A DNA stretch of 64,000 nucleotides from Octopus bimaculoides (lineage: Eukaryota): NCBI RefSeq assembly GCF_001194135.2, contig NC_068988.1, forward strand, positions 17,888,542 to 17,952,541. Direction: 5' to 3'. How positions within the stretch are numbered: the stretch's first letter is position 1; each line of letters opens with the position of its first letter. Positions 12,700 through 26,105 of the stretch are shown here, piece by piece. The translations under genes and the position numbers were made by a program. The notes beneath the pieces were generated by a model. The model made no database searches, was not told where the DNA came from, and saw nothing but the letters and a program-made list of their open reading frames with translations.

Positions 12700-13150
12700 G
12701 ACGGCGAAGTGGAAAAATAGTGAGCGCGTCGGACAAAATGCTTTGTAGCATTTTTATCCAATTTTTTACGTTCCCAGTTCAAATTCTGCTGAAGTTATTT
12801 TTACTTTGCATCCTCCGGTGTTGATAAAATAAATTTCAATACAGATGCAATCGATTGTAATCATCCCCATCAAAATCTTGCTAACTTTGCGCCTAGATTC
12901 AAAGCTATTATTACTAGAAGTAGGAAAGACGGTGAGCTGGCTGAATCGTTAGCTCGCCGGGCGAAATGCTTACTAGTATTTCATCCGTCTTTACGTTCTG
13001 AGTTCAAATTCCCCCGAGGTCGATTTTGCCTTTCATCCTTTCAGGGTCAATGCAATAAGTATCAGTAGAGCCCTGGGGTCGATGTAATCGATTTACCCCC
13101 TCCCTCGGAATTGCTGGCCTTGTGATAAAATTGGAAATCATTGTTAGTAG
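12700..13150 (+). mobile_element. Two further head-to-tail SINE family C copies
   Basis: 12700-12910 (diverged) and 12927-13150 (ggtgagctggctgaatcgttag..., B-box GAGTTCAAATTCC, ggggtcgatgtaatcga). Confidence 0.85.
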
Positions 13151-14353
13151 TAGAAGCAGAGTCATAAGGGCGGTGCAATTCTGTAGAGTGGAGTCATGCA
13201 AAGGTTTTGTTGTCGTTTTCTTGCGTTTTTTTCCCCCTTATTTTTAAAACTGCATTAAAATTTTTAGTGCATCTCGTTGAAGTTCTGTGTTCTATTAGCT
13301 GTCTTAGTGAACTACTAACTGAATCTGTAATAGACGATACGTAGAATCCCAGACATCTCTAATAAATTTATATGTTTTAATTCTCCATTGAGTACGTCTA
13401 TAACTGCTTTTCCATGTTCCCTTACCCCAACTCTGATTTCTTTGTTATTACAATATTCATTAATTTTATGTCTTGAATAAAACCGTCAATATTATTTCAT
13501 ATTCCAAAGAGCTTTTGATCTCTACAACAATGTCACTTCCTCTTCTGCTGTTATAGTTGTACTTCAACGGAGAAATCTCAAAAGATTTTGATACACTTAA
13601 CCAAAATTACATTACAATACTGTTCATTCCAATTTACGGATTTTAAATAATTCTCAACAGATAATCATTTTAATATTGTTATACTTGCCTTTATATACCT
13701 TCTTAGCTGATATACAACATTCAGTTATGAAAATGTGTTACACTATCTACAAATCTAGGATTCATTTTGATAGTTTCGGCATGTTATGTAACCTGTCGCG
13801 TTCTATTGAAGTGAAGTGCTCCAGTCTCAAACTTTAAATCATAGTTTCATATATACAAAAAAAACACCGCTAAAATTCTCTTGGTCTTAAATCTTACTTG
13901 AGTGTTTTAATGAATTCGTATTCGTTCGTTACAGTTAATTATACATGTATGTGCGTATATGTATATATCTCTGTATGCAAGTATGGATGGATGGATGTTT
14001 TTACTTTCAGTTTTGTTTTAGTTCTTATTAAGAAAGTACAAGCCGGTCGCTAACAAAGCATCAAGGCTTTTTGAGTTCAGAAGGTTCCCAGTGTTTGTTA
14101 ATATGTTGTTCAGTTGGTGTGTTGGTTGAACTGTCGATGCGCACACCCAAGTGTATACATCTATTCATCTAAATAAAATTTCGGATCGAGAATCTTTGGA
14201 ATGTCTTACAAGCCCTCACTGTGCCGCAAATAGACTGGATTTAGGGAATTCGTGTCAGTTTCGTTTGCTCTTTCTTCGAAAAACTTAGTGTTTCTAGGTT
14301 TTTGTGTAAATTTCTTACTACGTAGCGGAATGCACCTTACATGAGTATGTATG

Positions 14354-14384
<31 letters not shown>

Positions 14385-14688
14385 CTGTCTGCTGATCACT
14401 TACTGTCTGCCACTGTTTAATACAATTTTATATTTTCTTTCATTTTGTACTCACTGCTATGTACTGCACCAATCAAGAGTGATATACCATAACATCAGTT
14501 TTATCAATTTGCGATTTTCGCGAGATAATTTTAAAATCGAAATAACACCATAAATTCTGTTAACTCTAATCAAATGATTAATGAGGTTAATATTGTTATT
14601 TATTCCTCAAGATTGGCGCAAATATATTATTATGAATATTTATCTATTTGTATATATGTATCATTCTGCATGCATTTTTATGAATTGT

Positions 14689-14753
<65 letters not shown>

Positions 14754-15401
14754 AGTTCGGAATCGGTGTACTAATTATAATTGACAAAACTAACACAACT
14801 GACGTGAGGTATTGATATATTGTAACAGATATATATATATATATATGGACACAAATATGGGTACTATTTCGATGCAATGAAGCATTCACTTTTGACATTG
14901 TAAATTATCTTTTGCTAACTTCATACAGATTTTATTTTGACTGTGAAATGGTATCTCCTTATGGTGATATCGTCAGTCAGACCTTGACATAACAACATGG
15001 AATACAAGTTAAATTTACTATACTAAACAGGACTATGATTTTGATTATGCTTTGAAACTTGGTTAACGTAAGAGTTATTGCTAAGAGACTGAAATATGTA
15101 CAACTAATATTAATAATAACAACATCATCATAAAACGGATTTACCTATACACAATGTGGAGTTCAAAGATGTTGTCATAACCATGGTACAGTACAATATA
15201 GTTTTCTATTTCTATATTTCACTTTTATATGCATTTTTACATATTTCCAATAAATCAAAAGCAGTGAGTTTTTTATTGATTGTATTTTATGCATAGATAA
15301 AAATAGATTTTAAAATAAGTTTCTAAAACTTCACTGAATAATGCAGAATTTAGGTTGACAAAGCCCTATCACATGCACAATGTGTAAGAACAAATGACTA
15401 C

Positions 15402-15496
<95 letters not shown>

Positions 15497-16545
15497 TATA
15501 TACATACACGTATGTATGTATGCATGTATGTGTATATATATATACATACAAGTATGTATATAAATATATACATACACGTATGTATGTAAGTGTATATATA
15601 AACATACATATGTGTATGTATATATATATTCATTTATTAATATATATAATATGAATATATATATATAAATGCATACGTACATATGTATATATAAATATGT
15701 ATATATGTGTGTGTATGTATATATATATGTATGTTTATATATATATATGTATGTTTATATATATATATATATATANNNNNNNNNNNNNNNNNNNNNNNNN
15801 NNNNNNNNNNNNNNNNNNNNNNNNNNNNNNNNNNNNNNNNNNNNNNNNNNNNNNNNNNNNNNNNNNNNNNNNNNNNNNNNNNNNNNNNNNNNNNNNNNNN
15901 NNNNNNNNNNNNNNNNNNNNNNNNNNNNNNNNNNNNNNNNNNNNNNNNNNNNNNNNNNNNNNNNNNNNNNNNNNNNNNNNNNNNNNNNNNNNNNNNNNNN
16001 NNNNNNNNNNNNNNNNNNNNNNNNNNNNNNNNNNNNNNNNNNNNNNNNNNNNNNNNNNNNNNNNNNNNNNNNNNNNNNNNNNNNNNNNNNNNNNNNNNNN
16101 NNNNNNNNNNNNNNNNNNNNNNNNNNNNNNNNNNNNNNNNNNNNNNNNNNNNNNNNNNNNNNNNNNNNNNNNNNNNNNNNNNNNNNNNNNNNNNNNNNNN
16201 NNNNNNNNNNNNNNNNNNNNNNNNNNNNNNNNNNNNNNNNNNNNNNNNNNNNNNNNNNNNNNNNNNNNNNNNNNNNNNNNNNNNNNNNNNNNNNNNNNNN
16301 NNNNNNNNNNNNNNNNNNNNNNNNNNNNNNNNNNNNNNNNNNNNNNNNNNNNNNNNNNNNNNNNNNNNNNNNNNNNNNNNNNNNNNNNNNNNNNNNNNNN
16401 NNNNNNNNNNNNNNNNNNNNNNNNNNNNNNNNNNNNNNNNNNNNNNNNNNNNNNNNNNNNNNNNNNNNNNNNNNNNNNNNNNNNNNNNNNNNNNNNNNNN
16501 NNNNNNNNNNNNNNNNNNNNNNNNNNNNNNNNNNNNNNNNNNNNN

Positions 16546-16589
<44 letters not shown>

Positions 16590-16606
16590 TATTGATTTAA
16601 AATTTT

Positions 16607-16812
16607 GGCATAAGGCCAGCAAATTCGGCGCAAGGGGAAAGTCGATTACATTGAAACCAGTGGTCAACTGGTCTTTGTATTATCGACCCCGAAAGTAAGA
16701 AAGACAAAGGCTACCTCGACGGAGTTTGAACTCGGAACGTAAAGACAGACAAAATACCGCCAAGCATTTTTCCCGATTTGCCAGTTAACGAATCTGTCAG
16801 TTAGCCGCCTTA
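16607..16812 (-). mobile_element. SINE family C
   Basis: Reverse-complement match to the C pattern (tttgaactcggaacgtaaagac, aagcattt, ttaacgaatctg...ccgcctt). Confidence 0.85.
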
Positions 16813-17119
16813 ATAACGAATAGACTTAGCTCTATCTTTTGTTAATATACATTACTTAAACTTTCGTGGGCACAGTGCTTGTCCACATCTATCATCAACC
16901 GAAGTACTGGAGGGTTGGGAGAATGCTTTGCGATATTTCTTTCTGGTCTTTACGGTCGTAGTTCAAATCCAGCTGACGTAGATTTTGATTTTCATTACGT
17001 TCAGTGTCGATACAATACAGTACCAATCAAGTACTCGTTGTCGATGGCATCCACTAACCACCTCCCCTTAATATTACAAACGTTATATTAAATTATTATT
17101 ATTATTATTATTATTATTG

Positions 17120-17360
17120 CTAAGGCAGTGAGTTCACAGAATCGATAGCACGCCGGAAAAATGCTTGGCAGCCTTTCGTTCGTCCTTCCATTCTGAGTTC
17201 AAATCCCGCCGAGGTCGTCTTTACCTTTCGCTCTTTAGGGGTCGATAAAATAAGTACCAGTAGCGCACCTGGGTCGATATAATCGACACACACCCTCCCC
17301 CGAATTAGCTGGCCCTGTACCAAAGTTTGAAACCATTATTATTATTATTATTATTATTAC
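17120..17360 (+). mobile_element. SINE family C with (ATT)n tail, inserted after an (ATT)n tract that ends an older copy (about 16880-17115)
   Basis: Head aaggcagtgagttcacagaatcgatagcacgccgg, B-box GAGTTCAAATCCC, (ATT)n on both sides. Confidence 0.9.
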
Positions 17361-17987
17361 TGTTGTTGATAATGACATTAGTTTCATAATCTAAAAAAAC
17401 ACACGTGTACGTTGCAATACACAGAAGAAAGAGCCATTTTCTTTTCTTTTTTTTTTTTCTCCTTTGAAAAAAAAAGCTTCATTTTCTTAATTATACAATA
17501 GGTTTCTGTACGATGACTTATTTTCCGTGCAATTTTAAATCCTAAATCAACGTATAAGTATAATTTTCATGCCAATACCTCAATACATCTCTGAGCTATA
17601 CTATTTTTGAACGAGAATTGCTAAATTTTATTACAGAATATATGTTTTCTATATTTTATATATGTTGTATATGCTATTTTTTCCATCAAAGATTTTAATG
17701 CAAAATCATTTTCAAGAAGTATTAACCTTGCATTAATATAAAATGTAAAATTATTTCAAATTTTATTCCTTCTATGTATATATACACCTACAAAGATTGA
17801 TTGTATCCATGATAAGCGTAAGTCGAATCTTAGATGCATTTATATTAAACATATGCATAGAATAAAGGACCTGATTTGAAGATAAATCTAAAATATTTTT
17901 CAAAAGGAGCTGATGAATTAGATAGTAACTACGTAGCCTCACTACCCTTATAAACATCCCCTTGCTTACTCACTGTACCTGTTTTTT

Positions 17988-18018
<31 letters not shown>

Positions 18019-18507
18019 AATTTTTGTCTTTCAGAAATATTCTCTTATAAATTTCTAATCTCAATGCCAATGCGGAATAATAGCAATTTGCAGGTTTCTG
18101 TGCGCGTGTGTTTTTGAATGTGTGAGTGTACGTGTGTGTGTGTGTGCATTGTAAGGGCTAAGTGTGTGAGTTAGAAAAGAAGTAAAGGTGAAATGTATTG
18201 CTCATGTATTTAATACATGAAAGAATATGGACCTATATTTTGTGTGCTGTCATTGCATTATTTCTTCTATGAAATGTAATATATACGTTTTTGTCACATT
18301 TTTATACCACATCATTTACGTCACACAGGAAGATGGCATGCGTGAGAAGATATCATTTATGTCATCTTATATTGTGTATTCTTTGACTCACCCAAACAGC
18401 TATGTATAACGGTAACCTAGCCATTTAAGAAAGCATTAAATACACGGGCACAACATCGATTTTCCGGAAGCTTTGGTTCCAAAATCCTACCGGATTACTG
18501 TTTCTTC

Positions 18508-18731
18508 TGAACCAGTATTCAAACTGGTCATATGAGACTTTGATATTCTACCAATCTTATGCTTAAACCATCCAGATCTGGCTTCTCACACCTTCCTTAC
18601 AATGTCATTCAAAAAATAAGTCATCGTATCATCAAAATTTTGAAGCTACGAGATAATGCCTTATTGATTCAAAAGAATGTGAATAGACAAGTATAACATT
18701 TGTCAGAGCAATCTAAATTGTAAAGGGCTAA
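18508..18731. mobile_element. Decayed piggyBac-like MITE (tentative)
   Basis: Right end ...aaagggctaa resembles the GGG-TTAA terminus seen at 47587-47593; left end is eroded. Family assignment partly from memory of octopus repeats. Confidence 0.35.
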
Positions 18732-19243
18732 ATTAAACAAATACTAAATTTACTTATATAATTAAATGAAAAATAAATTACATATATAATTAAATGCATT
18801 AGTATAAATGATACAATTTCATTGATACAGTATTGTGCAGGATACTAGTTTATGCAAGGCAGCAGTAAGCTAGGCTGCTGAATGTGAGAATTTGCAGTTC
18901 CTTCTTGTAAATTACTGCGAATTATAAGTGGTTCTTAACCAGCAATGTCTGGAAAATCGGTGTAGAACTTGTACTATAAACGAAAATTTATAAAGTAATT
19001 ATTTAACTGTTTATAGAATATCATTCTGTCATTTTTAAATGTGTATATGTATTCTTTCGTACTGCACATTGGAAATCTCATTGTTCTTACTGTCATATTA
19101 GAGAATTATTTCTTTCTTTCAGTGGAGCGAAGCTATATGTTAATTTAGAAATGGATTGTATATCATAGACATGGTATCACATTTTCATGTTTCTGTGATC
19201 AAGCTTTGAGCCACAATTCCGTGACGTCTCAGTGTGTTTGTAT

Positions 19244-19292
<49 letters not shown>

Positions 19293-20384
19293 NNNNNNNN
19301 NNNNNNNNNNNNNNNNNNNNNNNNNNNNNNNNNNNNNNNNNNNNNNNNNNNNATATTCATATATGAATTACATTAACACTTTAGAAAATATACTGTTTGT
19401 ATGGGAATATTTTTTTTTTTACATGAAACATTGATCAATACCTAGTTCTCACATTAAATGGAACATACTTTTATGTGATATTGAAGCCGACCTTAGTTTC
19501 ATTCCTTATACTAGCAGATCTACCCATCTACGATGGAGGCATAAAATAAGGGAGGGAAGTCATAAAAGCAGTATGTATTGAGAAATGTGTAAATGGACTT
19601 GATAGATTACTGGATGATGTCTAGAGAAATCACAATATTGTTGGTGATACAGCATTCTATTGCAGCTGTATGGCGTGTTTGCGACTAAGTGATATATGAT
19701 GACGATTCATTCCCTACTGGAGATAGGCTCCCAGCCTCTGTATCATGAATGGTTATGTGGACCACTCCTAACGAAAGCCAGAGCTTCTTTTGACCACTAC
19801 ATAAAAGGTATTAAGAAAAAAATGTTATTTAGATATACTTTTATTTTAGTTGTTTATTCTATTTTACGCTTGTTTATACTTTTTGTTATATCGCAATACT
19901 ACACAGCGGCTGTGTGAGCTACGAAATCCTCGTCCCCATTATTATATCGCATGTTCGGATGACCTCTACTCAACTACTCCGACGTCTAGACTTCTCCTTA
20001 TATATCTACGTATTGCGCTAGCTTACTGCGTCGTCTGGGAGCGACGACACAACACTTTTATACATTCAAAGTTCACAAATTTCTTTATTTAAATTATGAA
20101 TCATATTCCTTTCGATAATATCAATATGATTACAAAACTTCTTTTGGTCGACACTAATTTTGAAATTACTGTAGTCTGTTGCTCTACTCATAGCGACTTA
20201 TAACTGGCTGTGTGTAAACATCGAAGTGAATAAAAATACGGCAGTGGGTAAAAAGTACTGTTTAGGCAACGTCAATTTATTGGAAAGAAGGAACTAATGT
20301 ACAACATAAACATTTGATCACTACAAAGAAATCATTTGTGCAGGTCGGTCGGCAAAAACTGAAAGCTCATATGTCGTCTCTTCG

Positions 20385-20586
20385 ATGGAAGAATCGTTAA
20401 CACGCTGGACGAAATGCTTAGAGGTATTTCGCCCGTCGCTACGTTCCCAGTTCAAATTCCGCCGAGGACGACTTTGCCTTTCATCATTTCGGGGTCGATA
20501 AAACAAGTACCAGAGAAAGACTAGGGTCGATGTAATCGACTAGTCCCCACCCCCAAAATTTCAGGCCTTGTGCCTTTAGTAGAAAA

Positions 20587-20623
<37 letters not shown>

Positions 20624-20985
20624 GCTGTTGTTATTACTATTATTATCATTACTTAGAGTGGCGAGCTAGCAGAATCGTTACTACGTCAGGCAAAATGCTT
20701 AGCGGCATTTCGTCCTGAATTTACGACCTGAATTCAAATTCTACCGAGGTCGACTTTGCCTTTCATCCTTTCGGGGCCGATAAAATAGGCACCCGTTGCA
20801 CTGGGGTCAATGTAATCGACTATTCCAATCCCCACAAAATCTCAGCCCTTGTGCCTATTGTAGAAAGGATTATCATTATTATTATCGAGATCGGCTTTGC
20901 CTTTCATCCTTTCGGAGTCGATAAATTAAGTACCATTTGAGCACTGGGGTTGATGTAATCGACTAGTCTCCTCTCCCAAATGAAG
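20385..20985 (+). mobile_element. Three head-to-tail SINE family C copies joined by (ATT)n tails
   Basis: 20385-20625, 20655-20885 and a 5'-truncated copy at 20886-20985; each carries gactttgcctttcatc or ggctttgcctttcatc and ggggtcgat-like motifs. Confidence 0.9.
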
Positions 20986-21083
20986 TAGATTGACAAATTT
21001 ATTTTTTGAACCAGTGGAAGACACGCAAGATGTCGAAATATTGTTCACGAGATAGCAAACGGCACTCTTCTTTTAATTTTGAC

Positions 21084-21153
<70 letters not shown>

Positions 21154-21593
21154 GTTTTTTTTTTCTTCTTTCTTCAAATTTTTTCCCATTTCTCGCCGAG
21201 TGTTTTCCGTACACCTTAGGGCAGAGAAACGTTGTATGCATTCCCAATTTACACACGCAAATTCATAGGTAAAACATGTATTTAAGAAAAAAAAAAAAAA
21301 ATCATGAATGGATGTTGTTTTCACAGCGATAATACTCTTCTCAGTACATGAGTCGTTCCAGTTAGCACGATTTTTTGCACCTCCTGTAGAGATGGTAAGC
21401 CTGGTATCATTTTCAAATAGATTTCAGTACCTTTTTTTATCATTCCTAGAGATCCTACAATCACTGGTATGGTAGTCGCCTTGAGGTGCCACATTTTTTC
21501 AATTTCTATTAGCAAGTCTTTATATTTACTGATCTTGTCAAATTCCTTCGCCGCTATATTATGATCACAGGGAATACTCATGTCAATTAATAA
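21154..21593 (-). mobile_element. 5'-truncated R4/Dong-type non-LTR retrotransposon: restriction-like endonuclease C-terminus plus 3' UTR and A-rich end
   Basis: Uninterrupted frame 21593-21321: LLIDMSIPCDHNIAAKEFDKISKYKDLLIEIEKMWHLKATTIPVIVGSLGMIKKG...QKIVLTGTTHVLRRVLSL*. This fits the ID.s.P.D.N...KE.eKi.KY.dL..E...mW......PviiGalG / GTahiLR pattern of R4-clade RLE domains. Flanked by (TTA)n at 21084-21153 and 21594-21661. Confidence 0.88.
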
Positions 21594-21614
21594 ATATTAT
21601 TATTATGATTATTA

Positions 21615-21663
<49 letters not shown>

Positions 21664-22859
21664 CTGTCTGTTATTATTAATATTCTATCAAATCATATGA
21701 CTGTTTTCAAAAGTATTACTCTCGACAAAAATAAAACAGATCTCTTCAGTCAAAACCCTTAATAATGGTACGGAATATATTCATAGCCATTACTTAGCTG
21801 TTGTTAGTATACTTCAATTTGCAGACTATGCAAAATATTCAAAATAACTTCTGTAAAGAGATAACAAGGTAGACATACAAATAATGGATGAATGTATGAG
21901 TGAATGAGAAAATGGATGGATGGATCGATGGATGGATCGACGTCGGACGGACGGATGGATGGATGTATAGAAAGACAGGAAAACCAATGGATAGGTTTTT
22001 TTGTTGAATAGCTAAGTAAAGAAATAGGAGGATGAATCTACTTGTAGCCAGTCGAATGGAGGGATAGATTAACATAAAACTATAAAGCATACTTCTTAGA
22101 CATAGAAATTACGAAATGGCTTTGTAAGACTCGTGGATGTATTGACAATTGTATACAAGAATAATAGGAAATGGAGTAATATTCTGGGATATATATGGAC
22201 AGAATTTGCTGGGTGTATCAAAGCTCTGAAGAATGGATTGAGAGTTGAATTGAAGGAGAGATAGACAGAATAGAAGGAAGAATGGATGAATAGATCAATT
22301 GCAGTCGGAAAGCCCATTGGTACGGTTTTTTTTTGTCTTTATTCTTTTATTAGCTTCTATCATTTCCTCGTTTCTTAAGAAAGATGTCACTATGGTTACC
22401 TGAAGTTTTGTTCAATTTTCTATTCTTATCTACTTAATAACCCTATCACAACCTACTTTTTTTTTTACTGCAACGGCTTTAAGAAGACAAAACACACACA
22501 GCCCTGTCTATATTTCTTGTTCCCAAACTAAAAATCTGATTCTGAATATTTCTGTTGCTCTGACAGACTGCAAATCTGATATTAAGAATTTTTTCTTTTT
22601 TCATTATTTTTTTTCTCTTTCTTTTTTGAGGAAAATTAATTCCAAAGCACTTTGTTGTTGAAAGGATTAAGAAAATACTAAAAAAAATATAAATAAATAA
22701 AACATGAAATAAAAATGATTGAAACTAAAAACAAATATAGAATGATGAGAGATGATTGTAACAGCAGTATTGTTCCGCCTTATCCGTTAATTCTTGTTTT
22801 AAAAGAATGGCTATTATGCTGCATGGCGATGTTGATGACGATGAGGATGATGAGGAGGT

Positions 22860-23085
22860 AGTGGTAGTGGTGGAGGAGGACGAGGACGGGACGACGACGA
22901 CGACGACGACGAAGGCGATGAAGATGATAATAATAATGATAATAATAACAATGATGCCGATGATAAAAAAATAATATGATAATAATAATAATAATAGCAG
23001 TATAACGATAATACTAATCATACTAGTATTAATAATGATGATGAAGATGATGATGATGAAGATGATGACGATGACGATGACGATC
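22860..23085. repeat. Compound trinucleotide low-complexity region (GAC/GAT/AAT)
   Basis: Read directly. Confidence 0.9.
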
Positions 23086-23619
23086 TGAAGAACGTAGATA
23101 GCATGTGATTATTTGCTTACATGCCTAGATAAATATACATGAAAAAGATTGGATCTGTATCAAGTGTATCACATATAATCCATGTATGTGTATGTGTGGA
23201 GAGATAGACAGAGAGAGAGGAGAGAGAAAGAGAGACTGACTAAGTGAGAGACAGAGAGACAGAGGCGTATTTGAGACTACTGATCACCACGATCAGTATT
23301 CAAGTTAACGAAAGAATATACAGGAATACACGAAGAAATACTATTTTATACAAAATTATTCTTATTTTAATTCACCCAATCAATACTCTCTACGAGTAAA
23401 TGTAAGCATTTTATTGGATTTCTTTCAATCGTCAGATCTAATCAAATTTTCTTATCCCTTATTTTGGCTAAGCGTTTCTATTTTTGATACTGAAATTTTC
23501 GAAAGTTATTAAACAGATCGTTTAAATTCTTCAGACAGTAAATTTAGCTAATCATATGTCTTTTAGAATGGCTCTTTCCGTTCTGAAACCTCAATCATGT
23601 GTGGAGGGAGGGATGTAAA

Positions 23620-23676
<57 letters not shown>

Positions 23677-24596
23677 NNNNNNNNNNNNNNNNNNNNNNNN
23701 NNNNNNNNNNNNNNNNNNNNNNNNNNNNNNNNNNNNNNNNNNNNNNNNNNNNNNNNNNNNNNNNNNNNNNNNNNNNNNNNNNNNNNNNNNNNNNNNNNNN
23801 NNNNNNNNNNNNNNNNNNNNNNNNNNNNNNNNNNNNNNNNNNNNNNNNNNNNNNNNNNNNNNNNNNNNNNNNNNNNNNNNNNNNNNNNNNNNNNNNNNNN
23901 NNNNNNNNNNNNNNNNNNNNNNNNNNNNNNNNNNNNNNNNNNNNNNNNNNNNNNNNNNNNNNNNNNNNNNNNNNNNNNNNNNNNNNNNNNNNNNNNNNNN
24001 NNNNNNNNNNNNNNNNNNNNNNNNNNNNNNNNNNNNNNNNNNNNNNNNNNNNNNNNNNNNNNNNNNNNNNNNNNNNNNNNNNNNNNNNNNNNNNNNNNNN
24101 NNNNNNNNNNNNNNNNNNNNNNNNNNNNNNNNNNNNNNNNNNNNNNNNNNNNNNNNNNNNNNNNNNNNNNNNNNNNNNNNNNNNNNNNNNNNNNNNNNNN
24201 NNNNNNNNNNNNNNNNNNNNNNNNNNNNNNNNNNNNNNNNNNNNNNNNNNNNNNNNNNNNNNNNNNNNNNNNNNNNNNNNNNNNNNNNNNNNNNNNNNNN
24301 NNNNNNNNNNNNNNNNNNNNNNNNNNNNNNNNNNNNNNNNNNNNNNNNNNNNNNNNNNNNNNNNNNNNNNNNNNNNNNNNNNNNNNNNNNNNNNNNNNNN
24401 NNNNNNNNNNNNNNNNNNNNNNNNNNNNNNNNNNNNNNNNNNNNNNNNNNNNNNNNNNNNNNNNNNNNNNNNNNNNNNNNNNNNNNNNNNNNNNNNNNNN
24501 NNNNNNNNNNNNNNNNNNNNNNNNNNNNNNNNNNNNNNNNNNNNNNNNNNNNNNNNNNNNNNNNNNNNNNNNNNATATATATATATATATATATAT

Positions 24597-24835
24597 AGTG
24601 GGGTGGCCTAGTGATTTGGAAGTTGTGCTCACGATTCGTGAGCCAGGAGTTACGTTGTGTCTTTGAGCTAAGCATTTCATATCAGGTTGCTACTCTGTGA
24701 CCTCTTCGTTATCTCGCGAGTGGCACATCTCTCTCCTGTTCAAAGGAAGATCAATGACATCAGTATCACTTTTGTAGGCAGTGCGAATGCCATAGCCATT
24801 GACTCTTCCACCCGATCAGGCTAGTAGAAAGCAAA
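24597..24835 (+). mobile_element. Diverged SINE family F
   Basis: gggtggcctagtgatt head and ttgtgtctttgagctaagcatttcat central motif shared with 2777-3031. Confidence 0.6.
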
Positions 24836-25203
24836 GCAAAAATAATAGAAGAGGGAGCTAAGTTTCTCTAGAGAAGACGGATGTGCAACTGAGTGACTGG
24901 TCGTCATTGATTTCTTAACAGTGAGGTCCTGAGTTTTCTTATATCGTATATTTAAATATCATTCAACTAAACCTCTGGTTTATAGCATAACCAGGCATTA
25001 CAAATGATGCTAAGTAAACAGGTTGATGAGAAGAAGGGAAGCTTAATATTTGTGTCTATTGTCTGTGTGTTGTGTGTATATGCTTTTTGTTTGTGTATGT
25101 GTGCGCGCGCGTGCGCTCTTACACTCATTGTTTATATCATAGCAATCAATCTGTTGGCTCCTTTTCACCAGAACAACAGAATACTTCACATACGTGCACG
25201 CAC

Positions 25204-25251
<48 letters not shown>

Positions 25252-25944
25252 GCACGCGTGTGTATTAATGTTTGTGTATGTGTATATGCACGTGAGTTTC
25301 TGTTGAAATTATTTTCAAGAACTCGGTTAATATTTTCTCTCATATTTTGCTTTATTTCTGGTTTGTAATTTTTTCTTTTCTTCTATTTCTACTACACCTC
25401 CTCCATCAACGAATAAAATTATAATAAAAAGATATTCTTAAATATTTTCTTTCTTAAGTGACTGACTATTTTTGTCACACATCATTTATATAGATATTTT
25501 ATTGGATTTCTTTCAATCTCTGCAAGATTTAATCAAGCTTTTCCATTTCACCGAATTACTACGGATTTCTATTTTTATATTCTTTCTAAACGTCTAAATA
25601 TGAAAATGATCGTTTAAATTTTTCAAGTCATAGCATTTGCTAATAATGGCTTTGTTACATTATTGCTGTTACTTCGTTGTGAAATAGGATTGGGTGTGGA
25701 CAGAGAAGCTCATAAAATGCTTTTGCAATACAGTGTTCAGTATTTCAAAGATCGACTTTATAATTATTTTGCTTCGTGTTGTTCAAATTTCACCGTAGCA
25801 TCACTGGGTTATACGTTACTCTAGTTTAGATGAAAACATTTCGAATCTGTTAAAGATGCGTATTATTCAAGAAATATCTGTATTCTTGAATAAAAATAAC
25901 AACGCTTTCTAATTATGTTACAAGACTGTCTCTTTTGAGTGGAT

Positions 25945-26105
25945 CACAGAGTCGATTACATCGACCCCAGTGTTCAGGAGGTTCTTAGTTTCTCAACCTT
26001 GAAGAAATGAAAAGTAAAGCCGACCTCAGCGGAATTTGAACTCAGCACGTTAATGTGGACGAAACGCTGCTAAGCATTTTTCCGGTGTGCTAACGATTCT
26101 GCAAG
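25945..26105 (-). mobile_element. SINE family C (partial)
   Basis: gtcgattacatcgaccccagt...ccgacctcagcggaatttgaactcag...gctaacgattctg. Confidence 0.85.

Noticed and set aside
13300-13790. Possible ancient LINE endonuclease remnant on the minus strand (YNSRRGSDIVVEIK)
   Set aside because: Only one weak motif among many stops; not supportable without an HMM search.
14185-14245. Peptide IENLWNVLQ resembling the Tc1 SPDLNPIENLW motif
   Set aside because: The upstream SPDLNP is absent and there is no other transposase signal or TIR.
18330-19570. Several acceptor-like sites in unique sequence (18330, 18841, 19123, 19518; also 14929, 15031, 53241, 56131, 61601)
   Set aside because: Weak donors or stops in most frames and no recognisable peptide; indistinguishable from background without RNA data.
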